64,000 nt of DNA from an uncultured Ruminococcus sp. (lineage in GTDB: Bacteria > Bacillota > Clostridia > Oscillospirales > Ruminococcaceae), in NCBI GenBank assembly GCA_946413815.1, contig CAMKMD010000014.1, forward strand, positions 1,048-65,047, given 5' to 3'. Below the pieces are notes generated by a model. That model saw only the letters and a list, made by a program, of their open reading frames with translations. It ran no database searches and was not told where the DNA came from. The position numbers were made by a program, and so were the translations under genes. Positions 1 to 9,907 of this stretch are shown here, piece by piece. Position 1 is the first letter of the stretch, and each line of letters opens with the position of its first letter.

Positions 1-294
1 AAGAAGATCATGATGGCTCAGATGGCTGAGGATCCCAAGATGGCTTCCAAGCCTGAGCAGGTAAGAGCTAAGATCGTTGAGGGCAAGGTTGGCAAGTACT
101 ACACAGAGAACTGCCTCCTTGAGCAGGCTTTCGTAAAGGACGACAAGCTCTCAGTTCAGGGCTATGTTGACGCAGAGGCTAAGAAGCTCGGCGGCTCCAT
201 CAAGGTAACAGATGTTGTTCGCTACGAGAGAGGCGAGGGAATCGAGAAGAAGGAAGATAACCTTGCAGACGAGATCGCAAAGATGATCAAGTGA
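1..294 (+). CDS. tsf: Elongation factor Ts, C-terminal part (5' end lies upstream of the window)
   Basis: Frame 1 is open from base 1. Translation KPEQVRAKIVEGKVGKYYTENCLLEQAFVKDDKLSVQGYV...VVRYERGEGIEKKEDNLADEIAKMIK matches the conserved EF-Ts C-terminus. The ATG at 10 is an internal Met. Confidence 0.85.
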   Translation, partial: KKIMMAQMAEDPKMASKPEQVRAKIVEGKVGKYYTENCLLEQAFVKDDKLSVQGYVDAEAKKLGGSIKVTDVVRYERGEGIEKKEDNLADEIAKMIK

Positions 295-298
295 TCTG

Positions 299-334
299 AG
301 GGCGGCGGGGAAGTCCCTGCCGCCTTCTTGTTTA
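299..334 (+). terminator. Rho-independent terminator after tsf
   Basis: GC-rich stem ggcggcgggg...ccctgccgcc (301-324) followed by ttcttgttt. Confidence 0.6.
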
Positions 335-356
335 CTGTGATGCTACGGAGGATCAG

Positions 357-1049
357 ATGAAAGCAAAGACCAAGATAATATTGCTGGCAATGTTTGCCGG
401 TATTATAATGATACTGGCGAACTTTGAGGATACCATGCTCATGCTCGATCAGAATACGGTGTATTTCAATTCAAGTGATATCACCGATTACGAGAAGAGC
501 GCTCTTGTGGAGGGCGAGCTTTACTATCCCGTAGGATGTATCCTCACGGTTGAGGAGCCGGGCAGCTTTCTGTTCATACCTACCGGCAAGAAAAAGTTTT
601 ACTACTATCTTGTATGTAACATCGGACACGATAAGTACGATCAGTATATGAACAGCGACGAAGAGGATCTGAACGAGTTCTATACCATTTTCTCCACATC
701 CGATGAGGCACTCGTTGAAAAGATCGATTCACTTTCCAATGCCTGGAGCTACTTTAACGAGAAGTACAGTGCGGGCGAGGAGGCTGACTATCCCGTGAAC
801 GAGATCTCCTTCAGCGGCAAGCTTGTTGAGCAGCCCGATGACGAGGAGTATATAGAGATCCGTGATGAGATGCTGGAAAAATGGGGATTCGCTCCGACTG
901 AGATCGCTGATTACCGTATCGCAGAGGGCAGGATCGGCGCCTTGACACTTATACTCTCATCGATAGGTCTTGCATTGTTCCTCGGAGGTCTTATAGCGCT
1001 TACGCCCGTATTTTCGGGTAAAAGGAAAAAGAATGAAAAAGAGGGATGA
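357..1049 (+). CDS. Hypothetical bitopic membrane protein (TM at both ends, acidic central domain)
   Basis: RBS ggagg 5 nt before the ATG. N-terminal TM IILLAMFAGIIMILA and C-terminal TM LTLILSSIGLALFLGGLIAL plus KRKKNEKEG tail. No family motif recognised. Confidence 0.6.
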   Translation: MKAKTKIILLAMFAGIIMILANFEDTMLMLDQNTVYFNSSDITDYEKSALVEGELYYPVGCILTVEEPGSFLFIPTGKKKFYYYLVCNIGHDKYDQYMNSDEEDLNEFYTIFSTSDEALVEKIDSLSNAWSYFNEKYSAGEEADYPVNEISFSGKLVEQPDDEEYIEIRDEMLEKWGFAPTEIADYRIAEGRIGALTLILSSIGLALFLGGLIALTPVFSGKRKKNEKEG

Positions 1050-1096
1050 TGCCTTCTGTCATGCTGTGATCCGGCAATGACTGTTTCAACAATCAA

Positions 1097-1147
1097 AAGC
1101 CTGTATTTTTGTGGAAATCACACAATTATACAGGCTTATCTTTATTT
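1097..1147 (+). terminator. Hairpin with trailing T-rich tract (possible terminator)
   Basis: 10-bp stem aagcctgtat/atacaggctt (1097-1106 and 1128-1137) with a large loop, then atctttattt. Confidence 0.4.
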
Positions 1148-1157
1148 ATAATCCCGT

Positions 1158-1186
1158 TTGAAGTTTCAGTCGGTTTGTGATATAAT
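1158..1186 (+). promoter_or_regulatory. SigA-type promoter for the moxR operon
   Basis: TTGAAG (1158-1163), 17-nt spacer, TATAAT (1181-1186), with TGn immediately upstream of the -10. Confidence 0.5.
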
Positions 1187-1224
1187 ATATCTGTATAATT
1201 TTAGAAAAATTATGAGGTATAAAT

Positions 1225-2157
1225 ATGAATGAAAAGATCAGAAAGATCACCGATTCCATCGGAAAGGTGATCGTCGGCAAAGAGGATACCGTCCTCAGGC
1301 TCCTCGCTGCAATGCTCTGCGAAGGCCATGTCCTCCTCGAGGATGTGCCGGGTGTAGGCAAGACACAGCTGATCACGGCACTGTCACGCTCCATCGGCGG
1401 CAGCTTCAACCGTATCCAGCTCACACCTGATGTAATGCCGTCTGATATAGCCGGCTTCACAATGCTCGATCAGAAGACAGGCGAGTTCATGTACCGCGAC
1501 GGTGCAGTAATGTGCAACTTCCTCCTCGCTGACGAGATAAACAGAGCCTCGCCGAAGGTGCAGTCCGCACTGCTTGAGGCTATGGAGGAGCGCCAGATAT
1601 CCCTTGACGGCGTTACACACGTCCTTCCGAGGCCCTTCCTCGTAATGGCCACACAGAACCCTGTCGAGACCTACGGCACCTTCCACCTCCCCGAGGCGCA
1701 GATGGACCGCTTCTTCATGAAGCTCTCCATGGGCTATCCTACAGCCGCCGAGGAGATAAGCATCCTGGAGCGTACCGAGAAATACAACCCCATAGAGAAT
1801 ATCCAGGAGCCTGCCATGCACGTTGACGATATCTCAACGATGCAGGAGGAGGTACGCAGGATCCGTGTCACCGACAGCGTGAAGGAGTACATTGTCCGCA
1901 TAGTCGGCGCTACCAGAGACGACAGAAACGTAACTCTCGGCATCAGCCCGAGAGGAAGTATAGCACTCTTCAAGGCCGCAAAAGCCTTTGCGTACATATA
2001 TGAAAGAGATTATGTGACACCTGATGACGTAAAGAAGACTGCGGTATCAGTGCTCTCCCACCGTATAATCCTCTCCCCCCAGGGCAAGAGTGAATACGGC
2101 TCCGGTGAGGCGTACATACAGCACATCATCGATACTGCTCCTGTACCGGGAATGTAA
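1225..2157 (+). CDS. MoxR-family AAA+ ATPase
   Basis: Walker A GVPGVGKT, Walker B LLADEINRASPKVQSALLEAMEE, and FLVMATQNPVE...LPEAQMDRF typical of the MoxR/AAA_3 family. Confidence 0.9.
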   Translation: MNEKIRKITDSIGKVIVGKEDTVLRLLAAMLCEGHVLLEDVPGVGKTQLITALSRSIGGSFNRIQLTPDVMPSDIAGFTMLDQKTGEFMYRDGAVMCNFLLADEINRASPKVQSALLEAMEERQISLDGVTHVLPRPFLVMATQNPVETYGTFHLPEAQMDRFFMKLSMGYPTAAEEISILERTEKYNPIENIQEPAMHVDDISTMQEEVRRIRVTDSVKEYIVRIVGATRDDRNVTLGISPRGSIALFKAAKAFAYIYERDYVTPDDVKKTAVSVLSHRIILSPQGKSEYGSGEAYIQHIIDTAPVPGM

Positions 2158-2162
2158 GCGGT

Positions 2163-3392
2163 ATGAGCGGTAAAGAAAAGAAAAACAGAGAGCCCGGCTT
2201 TTTCAGGCAGGAGCTTTTCCACAGCATGAAGAGCCTTTCAGCTGTTGCAGGTGTGGGCTTTCTGCTGTTCCTCTTCACCTTCTACCTTGACGGTGAGATG
2301 GGCATAATACTTATCGCCTTCGTCCTCTTTGCACCGCTCGTGTCCTACGCGATGGCGGCATATGCAAGGAAGAGGATAAAGGTGCGCATCGACTGTGAAG
2401 GCTATGTCCAGAAGGGCAGCACCCTCGATGTGAAAATAACCGTCGAGAAGACCGGTATAGTCCCCCTTGCGATCGTAGAGCTGGTGCCGGAGGCCACGGA
2501 GGTCTTCTCCGGCCTGGATAAGCGCTATCATCTCTCACTTGCCGGTGCTGACAGGAAATCCTTTCACTGCCGGGCGGAGGCCATTATAGCCGGAAACGGC
2601 GAGATAGCAGTGCCGGAGATTTATTCCTGCGGCTTTCTCGGATTCATGAACCTGAAGCTGAAGAATAAGGAACAGTACCCCGATTCAAAGAGCGTCGGAG
2701 TAATACCGGCTCTTCCCGAGGTGAGTGCAGCCTCACAGCTCTTCCGCAACATCGCAGACGGCGTAATGACGTCTGATGAGGAGGAGAACGATACGGCCAT
2801 GCAGTTCTCGACCAATACATCTCCCGGTTATGTACACAGGGAGTATGTGGAGGGCGATCCGCTGAAGCGTGTGAACTGGAAGCTCAGCTCGAAGAAGAAC
2901 AAGCTGATGGTAAGGCTTGATGAGGCGGTCGCCTCAGTACAGCCCGTACTGGTGCTGGATCTCTACCGCAGCAGCAGCGAGGATCCTGTAAAGGCAGCCG
3001 AATCCGGTGAGCGTATAATATGTGCCATGTTCGGACTGCTCGACCTCCTTGTAAAGCAGGGAATAGCCTGTACCTTCGTGTACAGGGGTGCAGACGGCTC
3101 GGCCGTATGCGAGAATGCAGACAACCCCGAAGCACCCTCTCAGCTGCTGATGAAGGTGCTTGCGGTAAGGAATATGACCGATACAAGAGTCGGCAGAACA
3201 GCCGTTACCTCACAGGCCTGCGCCTGTGTGTTCGCCTCCACTGATTTCGGCGGAGATTTCTCGCAGCTGACAGAGGGTATAGAGGATACGGAAAGCTCGT
3301 GCCTGCTGGCACCGGCATCCGATACCCCGAATCCTACCAGGCTGGCGATGTGGTATCTTGACGGCGATAATAATTTCAAAAAAATGGTGTAA
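2163..3392 (+). CDS. DUF58 domain protein (MoxR-associated, vWA-like fold)
   Basis: Two N-terminal TM helices. DUF58 signature HREYVEGDPLKRVNWKLSSKKNKLMVRLDE. Starts 5 nt after the moxR stop. Confidence 0.8.
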   Translation: MSGKEKKNREPGFFRQELFHSMKSLSAVAGVGFLLFLFTFYLDGEMGIILIAFVLFAPLVSYAMAAYARKRIKVRIDCEGYVQKGSTLDVKITVEKTGIVPLAIVELVPEATEVFSGLDKRYHLSLAGADRKSFHCRAEAIIAGNGEIAVPEIYSCGFLGFMNLKLKNKEQYPDSKSVGVIPALPEVSAASQLFRNIADGVMTSDEEENDTAMQFSTNTSPGYVHREYVEGDPLKRVNWKLSSKKNKLMVRLDEAVASVQPVLVLDLYRSSSEDPVKAAESGERIICAMFGLLDLLVKQGIACTFVYRGADGSAVCENADNPEAPSQLLMKVLAVRNMTDTRVGRTAVTSQACACVFASTDFGGDFSQLTEGIEDTESSCLLAPASDTPNPTRLAMWYLDGDNNFKKMV

Positions 3393-3395
3393 AAA

Positions 3396-5810
3396 ATGCC
3401 TTCATTAATCAATAAAGACAGATCGGGACGCAGAGGCTTCTGGATCCGGACTCTCGCTGATCCTGTGCTGCTGTATACTGTACTTGTGATGATGTCGCTG
3501 ATGTTTCATTACAGGAACCGTACCACCACGGCAGAGACTTACAGCAAGTTCGTGGAGACCATTCGTGACCTGCGTTCTTCCTTTGTGTACGGCATCGTTA
3601 CCTATGTGGCCGGATGGCTGCTGTTCAGGCTGTATGACTTCATGCAGGAGCATAAGGTCATAGGCACGATCGGTTTCATCGCAGTATCGGCAGCTGTGCT
3701 GATGGGAGCCGATGCCGCTATTTACCGGGGCTATGCAACATACCCTATCGACTGGATGGTATGGATGCTCACGCCTCAGGAATCCATGACCTACAACGGC
3801 TATTACGCACTCAGCGTATTCCTGCTGTTCTTCATGTTCATGGCAACTGTAATCTACTATTTCACCCGTGTCCGCTACAGGATACTGATGAATTTCCTCA
3901 TATTCATCATACCCTTTGCCATCTACGGCAAGGAGTATGAAAAAATGCCCATCGGCTTCATCATCCTTCTTGCGGTCGGATATATGCTGCTGATGGTGAC
4001 CTTCCGGCAGCTCAGCGACAGCGAGAAAGTCACTGTTGTCGAAAAGCCTGAGACCTGGAAGGCTGTTGCGGTATATACCGTGATATTCGCCCTTGTATCC
4101 ACCCTTCTTCCGAAGCCTGAGATCGAGGCGGACAGAACCTACATCGAGTCCCTCATCAACGCTGAGGCCTTCACCGACAGGCTCGATGCCCTCCTGAACG
4201 CCTTCCGTGACAGCTCCGACGGAACACAGTTCCGCGGCAGGGGCGGAAACGCACCGGTATACTACTCAGATTCCACCCTCCCTCTCGATATCAAGATCGA
4301 TACCTACTCCACCTACAACTTCGGTGATGACGGCTGGTATGTCGGTGATTCCGATGACCATTACGCTGTATGCGAAGAGCTGCCGGTAAATATCAACCAT
4401 AACGGCGATACACCGAATGCACTCTTCCTCGCGGCCGGGCTCGACAGCAGCTTTGCCGCAAAGTACGGTCTTGAGGAATATGCCGGCAGGATACTCGATA
4501 TGCCGGAAGAGCGAAAGATAAACTTCTATGCTGTCCGCAGCGCCGCGAAAGCTCCGGTGCCGGAGGGAGCACATACCCTCGACTCCACCTCCTTCGGCAG
4601 TGAGCTCTGCAATATGCGTTCCGGTGTTGTTATGACTGATCTCAACACATCGTTCAGGAGCGGGGAGAAATTCACCTTCACCTTCAGACCTGAGGGCTTC
4701 TTCGAGAAGCAGGAGAACTGCGAGATAGTCGATATGCTCGGCAGCAGGGAAGACTATGCGGACATGATAAAGGACGCCTACGCCATCCTCTTTGACGAGT
4801 ACAAAAACTTCAGCGGAGACAAGGCGGGCGAATACTACGAAAGACTCAACGATGCCTGCTGTGACCTCAATTTCACCAGCAAGTACATGGACGACATAAT
4901 GACAGACCTTCTCGATTACGGCAACAGCGAGAGGATAAGGCAGCTTGCTGAAGAGGTAACAGCCGGAGACAGGACAGATTACGAGAAGGCAAAAACTCTC
5001 GAATACTACTTCATCAATAACGATTACCGTTATGACCTGAATTACATCCCCCCCGCAGGCGACAATATCGAGGACTTCCTCTTCGACAAGAAGGTCGGTG
5101 TCTGCCGCGAGTATGCGACGGGAATGGTGCTGATGGCACGCTCCCTCGGTATCCCTGCAAGGTACTGTGAGGGCTTCCGTATGCAGGAAGAGGCTGACCC
5201 GAAGTCGGTGGGAGCCAGGTATATGTACAATCAGACCGGAATAGATGTAAATTATACTGCGCAGAGAAATAACGGCCATTACGGGTTCCTTGTGACGGAC
5301 AATGACCGCCACGGCTTCCCGGAGCTCTATATAAAGGGCTATGGCTGGAAGGTATTTGAACCTACCATGACGGCGGGTTCACAGAATACCGATCAGAAAG
5401 GACGCACCACCAGCGGACTTTCGAGAATGGGACTATTCATACTTGCGGCGGCGGTATTAGCGCTGCTTCTTATGATAGCATGGCCTGTTCTTTCACATAA
5501 ATTGTTCATGTTCATCAACAGGAGACGCCAGCCTGCCGAGCAGGTCAAGGCGTGTATGCACCGTATATGCAAGATATACGGCGCCGGAAGTGAGTATACT
5601 TCCCAGGAGGCTGCTGCGCTGGCTGCACAGCTCTCGGGTGCTGATGTATCAGGAGTTGCCGCATTGTTCGATAAGGCGGCATACGGTGATGCTGAACTGG
5701 ACAGCAAGGACGCAGAAAGGGCTGCAACAGAGTACGTGAAGGCTTACGAAGCGCTCAGAGACGCAAAGAGAGCAGCCAGAAAAGAGCGGAGACGTAAGCG
5801 TGCGGTTTGA
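3396..5810 (+). CDS. Polytopic membrane transglutaminase-like protein
   Basis: Multiple N-terminal TM helices. Transglutaminase/papain-like core GVCREYATGMVLMARSLGIPARYCEGF...HGFPELY. C-terminal TM plus Lys/Arg tail. Starts 3 nt after the DUF58 stop. Confidence 0.85.
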   Translation: MPSLINKDRSGRRGFWIRTLADPVLLYTVLVMMSLMFHYRNRTTTAETYSKFVETIRDLRSSFVYGIVTYVAGWLLFRLYDFMQEHKVIGTIGFIAVSAAVLMGADAAIYRGYATYPIDWMVWMLTPQESMTYNGYYALSVFLLFFMFMATVIYYFTRVRYRILMNFLIFIIPFAIYGKEYEKMPIGFIILLAVGYMLLMVTFRQLSDSEKVTVVEKPETWKAVAVYTVIFALVSTLLPKPEIEADRTYIESLINAEAFTDRLDALLNAFRDSSDGTQFRGRGGNAPVYYSDSTLPLDIKIDTYSTYNFGDDGWYVGDSDDHYAVCEELPVNINHNGDTPNALFLAAGLDSSFAAKYGLEEYAGRILDMPEERKINFYAVRSAAKAPVPEGAHTLDSTSFGSELCNMRSGVVMTDLNTSFRSGEKFTFTFRPEGFFEKQENCEIVDMLGSREDYADMIKDAYAILFDEYKNFSGDKAGEYYERLNDACCDLNFTSKYMDDIMTDLLDYGNSERIRQLAEEVTAGDRTDYEKAKTLEYYFINNDYRYDLNYIPPAGDNIEDFLFDKKVGVCREYATGMVLMARSLGIPARYCEGFRMQEEADPKSVGARYMYNQTGIDVNYTAQRNNGHYGFLVTDNDRHGFPELYIKGYGWKVFEPTMTAGSQNTDQKGRTTSGLSRMGLFILAAAVLALLLMIAWPVLSHKLFMFINRRRQPAEQVKACMHRICKIYGAGSEYTSQEAAALAAQLSGADVSGVAALFDKAAYGDAELDSKDAERAATEYVKAYEALRDAKRAARKERRRKRAV

Positions 5811-5837
5811 CATGGTATTTACAGGAGGCTGATACCC

Positions 5838-7520
5838 ATGAATAACTTGGCAGTAAAAAAAGTATTGTGTGCCGTAACTGCGCTGTTCGTATTGACAGGT
5901 GCGCTGACAGGCGGTGCAGGCACACGCAGCAGATGCAGCCGGGCGGATACTCTCACCGCTTCAGCTGCAGAGGACTATCACTCGTGGAGGCAGAAGGACC
6001 CGAGATGGGCTGATATACCGATCGGATACAGAGATACAGTCGGCACAGCAGGCTGTCTTCTGACCTCTCTCTCAATGATAGCCGTAATGTCCGGAGTAAG
6101 AGACGAAGGATCCTTTGACCCGGGCGTATTCGCCCGCAGCATGAACGATATAGGCGCTTTTAATCCCTGGGGCGGAATCGAAAGCTGGGCTTCGATCTAT
6201 GAAGTGATACCGGAGTTCACCTGCATCAGCAAGTATGACTTCACCGGCACCACACAGGCCGAGAAGGCAAAGGAGGTCGGAGAATGGCTCGCTCAGGGCT
6301 ACTATGTTATCGTCAACTGCAATACCCATCACTGGGTAGTTGCCGAGGGCGTTTCAGAGGATGAGATCTTCATGATCGATCCGGCTCTCGATGATACAGA
6401 GATGTTCGCTGCCTACGACAATATCGCAGTAGAGTATATGATCGTAAAGAGCAGCGGTCTTCCCTTCGGAGGCATTGCAGCTCCCGTTCCCTCAGCACCG
6501 GCAGCAGCGGCAGTTCTGGCAGCAGAGCCCGCAGTCACAACAGCGCCGGCAGCGTACGAGCCTGCGATCTATATAGACCTTGAAAAGCTCCCGGACAAGC
6601 TGGAGTATACAGCAGGGGAGAAGCTTGATCTTTCAGGCGGCTTTGCACAGGTAAGCTACATTGATCCCGACAAGGGACCTGTGAATCTGCCGGGCGAGAA
6701 CATGAACGGGAGGACCTACAGCTACGGCGTGGATGTATCCGGTGTTGATATGTCAAAGCCGGGTGAATATACCGTAAAGCTGATAGCCTATACTGATCTC
6801 GCCTATACGGAAGAGAGCTTCAGCATCCTTGTAAAAGCTCCGGCAGTCACGACCACAGTCAGGGCGTCAGCCGTCACAACGGCAGCGACTGAGGCAGCAA
6901 AGACAACCATAGCTTCAACAGCAGCCACCAGGGCAGTCACCAAGGCCGCCGCTGCACAGACATCAACCCTTGCGGCAAGAACCACGGCAAAGACCGTAAC
7001 GACCGCGAAGGCAACAGCAGCACCGGCAGAGACAACTGCATCGGCTGAGACTGAAGAGGCTCCGGTCTCCACAACTGAGAAGGCAGAAAAAGCAGAGAAA
7101 TCCGTGCCTGCTTCCGGCGAGTACTACTACGAAGGAACAGTAAGCGTGTTCTCAGCACCCGGTACATCCGATGCAGAGACTGTTGCCACAGTCAGCGGCG
7201 GATGTGTTGCCGAAGTAACGGAGATCGAAAACGGCTACGGCCGTGTGGTATCCGGAGAGTTTTCCGGATGGATCGATCTTTCAGGCATGACAGAGGCAGG
7301 AGAAGATGATTCCGCTCATATTGCCGGCGACATAAACAACGACGGCCAGGTCGATATCTACGACCTCTCTCTCCTCAATGAGTATCTCAACTGCCCGGAG
7401 AAGCTTCCCGAAGGATTCTCCATCCTCAGGAAGTGTGAGCTCGAGGCAGCTGATATCAACGGAGACGGTAAAGTCGATTCAGAGGACGTGCTCCTCTATC
7501 TCACCATAATCTGCGGCTGA
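5838..7520 (+). CDS. Secreted multidomain protein: C39-like papain-fold peptidase, Ig-like domain, Ala/Thr linker, SH3b-like domain and dockerin
   Basis: Signal-like N-terminus. WRQKDPRWADIPIGYRDTVGTAGCLLTSLSMI (Cys) and THHWVVAEGVSEDEIFMIDP (His/Asp). EYTAGEKLDLSGGFAQVSY Ig-like segment. GTVSVFSAPG...GYGRVVSGEFSGWIDLS SH3b-like segment. C-terminal GDINNDGQVDIYDLSLLNEYL...ADINGDGKVDSEDVLLYLTII dockerin. Confidence 0.7.
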   Translation: MNNLAVKKVLCAVTALFVLTGALTGGAGTRSRCSRADTLTASAAEDYHSWRQKDPRWADIPIGYRDTVGTAGCLLTSLSMIAVMSGVRDEGSFDPGVFARSMNDIGAFNPWGGIESWASIYEVIPEFTCISKYDFTGTTQAEKAKEVGEWLAQGYYVIVNCNTHHWVVAEGVSEDEIFMIDPALDDTEMFAAYDNIAVEYMIVKSSGLPFGGIAAPVPSAPAAAAVLAAEPAVTTAPAAYEPAIYIDLEKLPDKLEYTAGEKLDLSGGFAQVSYIDPDKGPVNLPGENMNGRTYSYGVDVSGVDMSKPGEYTVKLIAYTDLAYTEESFSILVKAPAVTTTVRASAVTTAATEAAKTTIASTAATRAVTKAAAAQTSTLAARTTAKTVTTAKATAAPAETTASAETEEAPVSTTEKAEKAEKSVPASGEYYYEGTVSVFSAPGTSDAETVATVSGGCVAEVTEIENGYGRVVSGEFSGWIDLSGMTEAGEDDSAHIAGDINNDGQVDIYDLSLLNEYLNCPEKLPEGFSILRKCELEAADINGDGKVDSEDVLLYLTIICG

Positions 7521-7564
7521 GATCCGCAGAAGTGTAAGAACAGAAGAAAGGAAGGAGTTCACTG

Positions 7565-8536
7565 ATGGAGTGGACGGAGGTAAACATATATACCGCTACA
7601 GAGGCTATAGAGCTTCTCACAGCAAGGCTCATGGACATCGGAGTCAAGGGCTTTGCCATCAAGGACGCTGAGGATTTCAACGAATTCCTCGAAAATAAGA
7701 ACGGACAGTGGGATTACATCGAGGAGGACTTAATGCAGCTCTCCTCGTGTGAGACCTGTATCACAGTTTACCTCCCCGGCAACAGCCAGGGGGCGGATAT
7801 GCTTTCAGCTATCCGCTCCATGCTGGCTGAGGTCAGGGCTGCCGACAAGGAAGGCAGGTACGGAAGGCTTGAAGCAGAGCTCTCAAGCATCCGTGAGGAG
7901 GACTGGGCCAATAACTGGAAGCAGTACTTCAAGCCCATAACAGTAGGCGAAAAGCTGATAGTAAAGCCGTCATGGGAGGATCTCCCGGATACCGGCGGAA
8001 GAAAGGTGCTCGAGATAGATCCCGCATCCAGCTTCGGCACCGGCCAGCATCATACCACAAGGCTCTGCCTTGAGCTGCTCGAGGGCTGCGTATCACCGGG
8101 CTGCCATATACTGGATCTCGGCTGCGGAAGCGGTATCCTATCCATAGGAGCCATACTTCTCGGAGCAGAGGACGCTGTGGCAGTTGACATCGACCAGAAC
8201 GCAGCGGCGACAGCTGCCGAGAATGCCGGCAAGAACGGCATACCGGCCGACAAGTACCATACATACTACGGCAATATACTCGATGACGAAAAGCTCTCAG
8301 CGGAGATAGAGTCTCCGGAGGGATATGACGTCATCACCGCAAACATCGTTGCGGATGTGCTGATAGCCATGAAGGATCATTTCCTCCGCTACCTGAAAAA
8401 GGGCGGAACGCTCATAATCTCGGGCATCATCGAGGAGCGCATGGAGGAGGTCCTCACCGCAGTAGAGGCTGTGGGCTTCACAAGACTCAGAGTCAGCGTG
8501 AAGGAAGGCTGGGCAGCAGCAGAATTCAGACTATAA
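7565..8536 (+). CDS. prmA: Ribosomal protein L11 methyltransferase
   Basis: MEWTEVNIYT..., WANNWKQYFKPITVGEKLIVKPSWE and IDPASSFGTGQHHTTRLCLELLE...DLGCGSGILSI are classic PrmA motifs. RBS aaggag. Confidence 0.9.
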   Translation: MEWTEVNIYTATEAIELLTARLMDIGVKGFAIKDAEDFNEFLENKNGQWDYIEEDLMQLSSCETCITVYLPGNSQGADMLSAIRSMLAEVRAADKEGRYGRLEAELSSIREEDWANNWKQYFKPITVGEKLIVKPSWEDLPDTGGRKVLEIDPASSFGTGQHHTTRLCLELLEGCVSPGCHILDLGCGSGILSIGAILLGAEDAVAVDIDQNAAATAAENAGKNGIPADKYHTYYGNILDDEKLSAEIESPEGYDVITANIVADVLIAMKDHFLRYLKKGGTLIISGIIEERMEEVLTAVEAVGFTRLRVSVKEGWAAAEFRL

Positions 8537-8695
8537 TCAGTCAGACTGCACGCAGCAGCAGGGTGTGACGGGAGGATATACAGACAGTGCAAGAAGCGGA
8601 TATGTCCGCAAGCTGTATATTACGCCTGCCGGAGCTGCTTGATAAGGTGTGCAGCAGTATTGGATTATATATATCAATATCAAACAGCAAGGAGA

Positions 8696-9883
8696 ATGAT
8701 AAAAGTGGCATTATTCAAGAAAAAGGACAAGCAGAACGAAGAGACAACAGAAAACAAGCAGGTTGATCTCAAGGCACTGGCACTCGATGCTCTCAATGAG
8801 AAGCTCAACGGCCATCTCTATGACAACTGCATCATCATGCCGAGAGGCGGATACACTATCGACATCAATGTAGCAAGACAGGAAGAGAAGGAGGGCATCA
8901 AGCTCGCTCAGTTCGTATACATCATAAAGCATGATGATTTTGACGAGCCCATCATAGAGCCTACAGACTCACAGGGCAAGACCTGGGAGGAGGCAGCAGA
9001 GATCGCTGCACGTATGTTCATGGGAAGCATCTGGCACTGCATCGACCAGGCATCCCAGAGAAAGAACCCCATACTCGTTCCTGTTGACTACCTCGGCCAG
9101 CACTATGACTTTGATATGTTCTGTCAGTCAGTTGTAAGAGTAGGCGTAAGCGAAGACGTACAGCCCACAATGCTCGTAAACTTCATCAAGGACCAGATCC
9201 CGAAGTATCTCGGCTCCAAGAAGTATTACTGGCTGAGGATATTCGTTGCACGCTTCAACAACAACAAGATCATTGAGGTGCGTGTCAACGGCTCTGTATG
9301 CGTAGACCTTGCCAAGTACTTCCAGCCCTACGTTGACCAGATCGACGCAGGCGACAAGTTCGTCAGCGAGAAGCAGTATGCTCTCTTCGTACAGCACGAG
9401 GATGACAAGTGCCCCTTCACCAAGGAGACGGTTGTCAACGCAGCCAAGGATGCTATCGACCGCATGACCAAGATCAAGAGCCGTGAGGACTACGAGGCAA
9501 TGGCACAGGCACTTGTGGATATGACAGGCAGCAAGTCACTTGCAGCTGAGATCCGCATCTTCATCCCCGAGATACTCGCAAAGATGACTCTCGGCTTCCG
9601 TGAGGGCGATAACCTCTTCCTCATCACCGACGATTCACAGATCGAGTTCAGAAAGACACAGCTCCGCTCCTACTTCTATCTCCAGCAGGTAGTGCTTGAG
9701 TTCCTTTCCAAGCGCCCCTCAACTGAGGAAGTACAGAGCATAGTATATAACAGCGTAGCCTTCAAGGAGATGCGCAAGGTACTTGAGGACGCAAGAGCAA
9801 ACGGCCAGGAGATAAAGCCCGGCGATCTCTTCGTTCCCGGTACAGCCTATAAGGTAGGCGAGGATGATTACTTCGTATGGTAA
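8696..9883 (+). CDS. Hypothetical cytoplasmic protein, no recognised family
   Basis: Long ORF with coding-like composition, no TM or signal peptide. Start ambiguous (TTG 8639, ATG 8696 or GTG 8705). GGAG at 8691-8694 is too close to 8696 and fits 8705 better. Strong terminator follows. Confidence 0.6.
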   Translation: MIKVALFKKKDKQNEETTENKQVDLKALALDALNEKLNGHLYDNCIIMPRGGYTIDINVARQEEKEGIKLAQFVYIIKHDDFDEPIIEPTDSQGKTWEEAAEIAARMFMGSIWHCIDQASQRKNPILVPVDYLGQHYDFDMFCQSVVRVGVSEDVQPTMLVNFIKDQIPKYLGSKKYYWLRIFVARFNNNKIIEVRVNGSVCVDLAKYFQPYVDQIDAGDKFVSEKQYALFVQHEDDKCPFTKETVVNAAKDAIDRMTKIKSREDYEAMAQALVDMTGSKSLAAEIRIFIPEILAKMTLGFREGDNLFLITDDSQIEFRKTQLRSYFYLQQVVLEFLSKRPSTEEVQSIVYNSVAFKEMRKVLEDARANGQEIKPGDLFVPGTAYKVGEDDYFVW

Positions 9884-9907
9884 TCTGACCTGCCCGGTAC
9901 AGTAATA

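Noticed and set aside
10-294. ATG at 10 as a gene start
   Set aside because: The frame is open from base 1 and the sequence is the C-terminal part of EF-Ts. The real start is upstream of the window.
4266-5312. 348-aa minus-strand ORF inside the transglutaminase gene
   Set aside because: It lies fully antisense to a motif-supported gene. It has no RBS, and its translation is low-complexity Val/Gly/Glu-rich, as expected from the antisense of GC3-rich codons.
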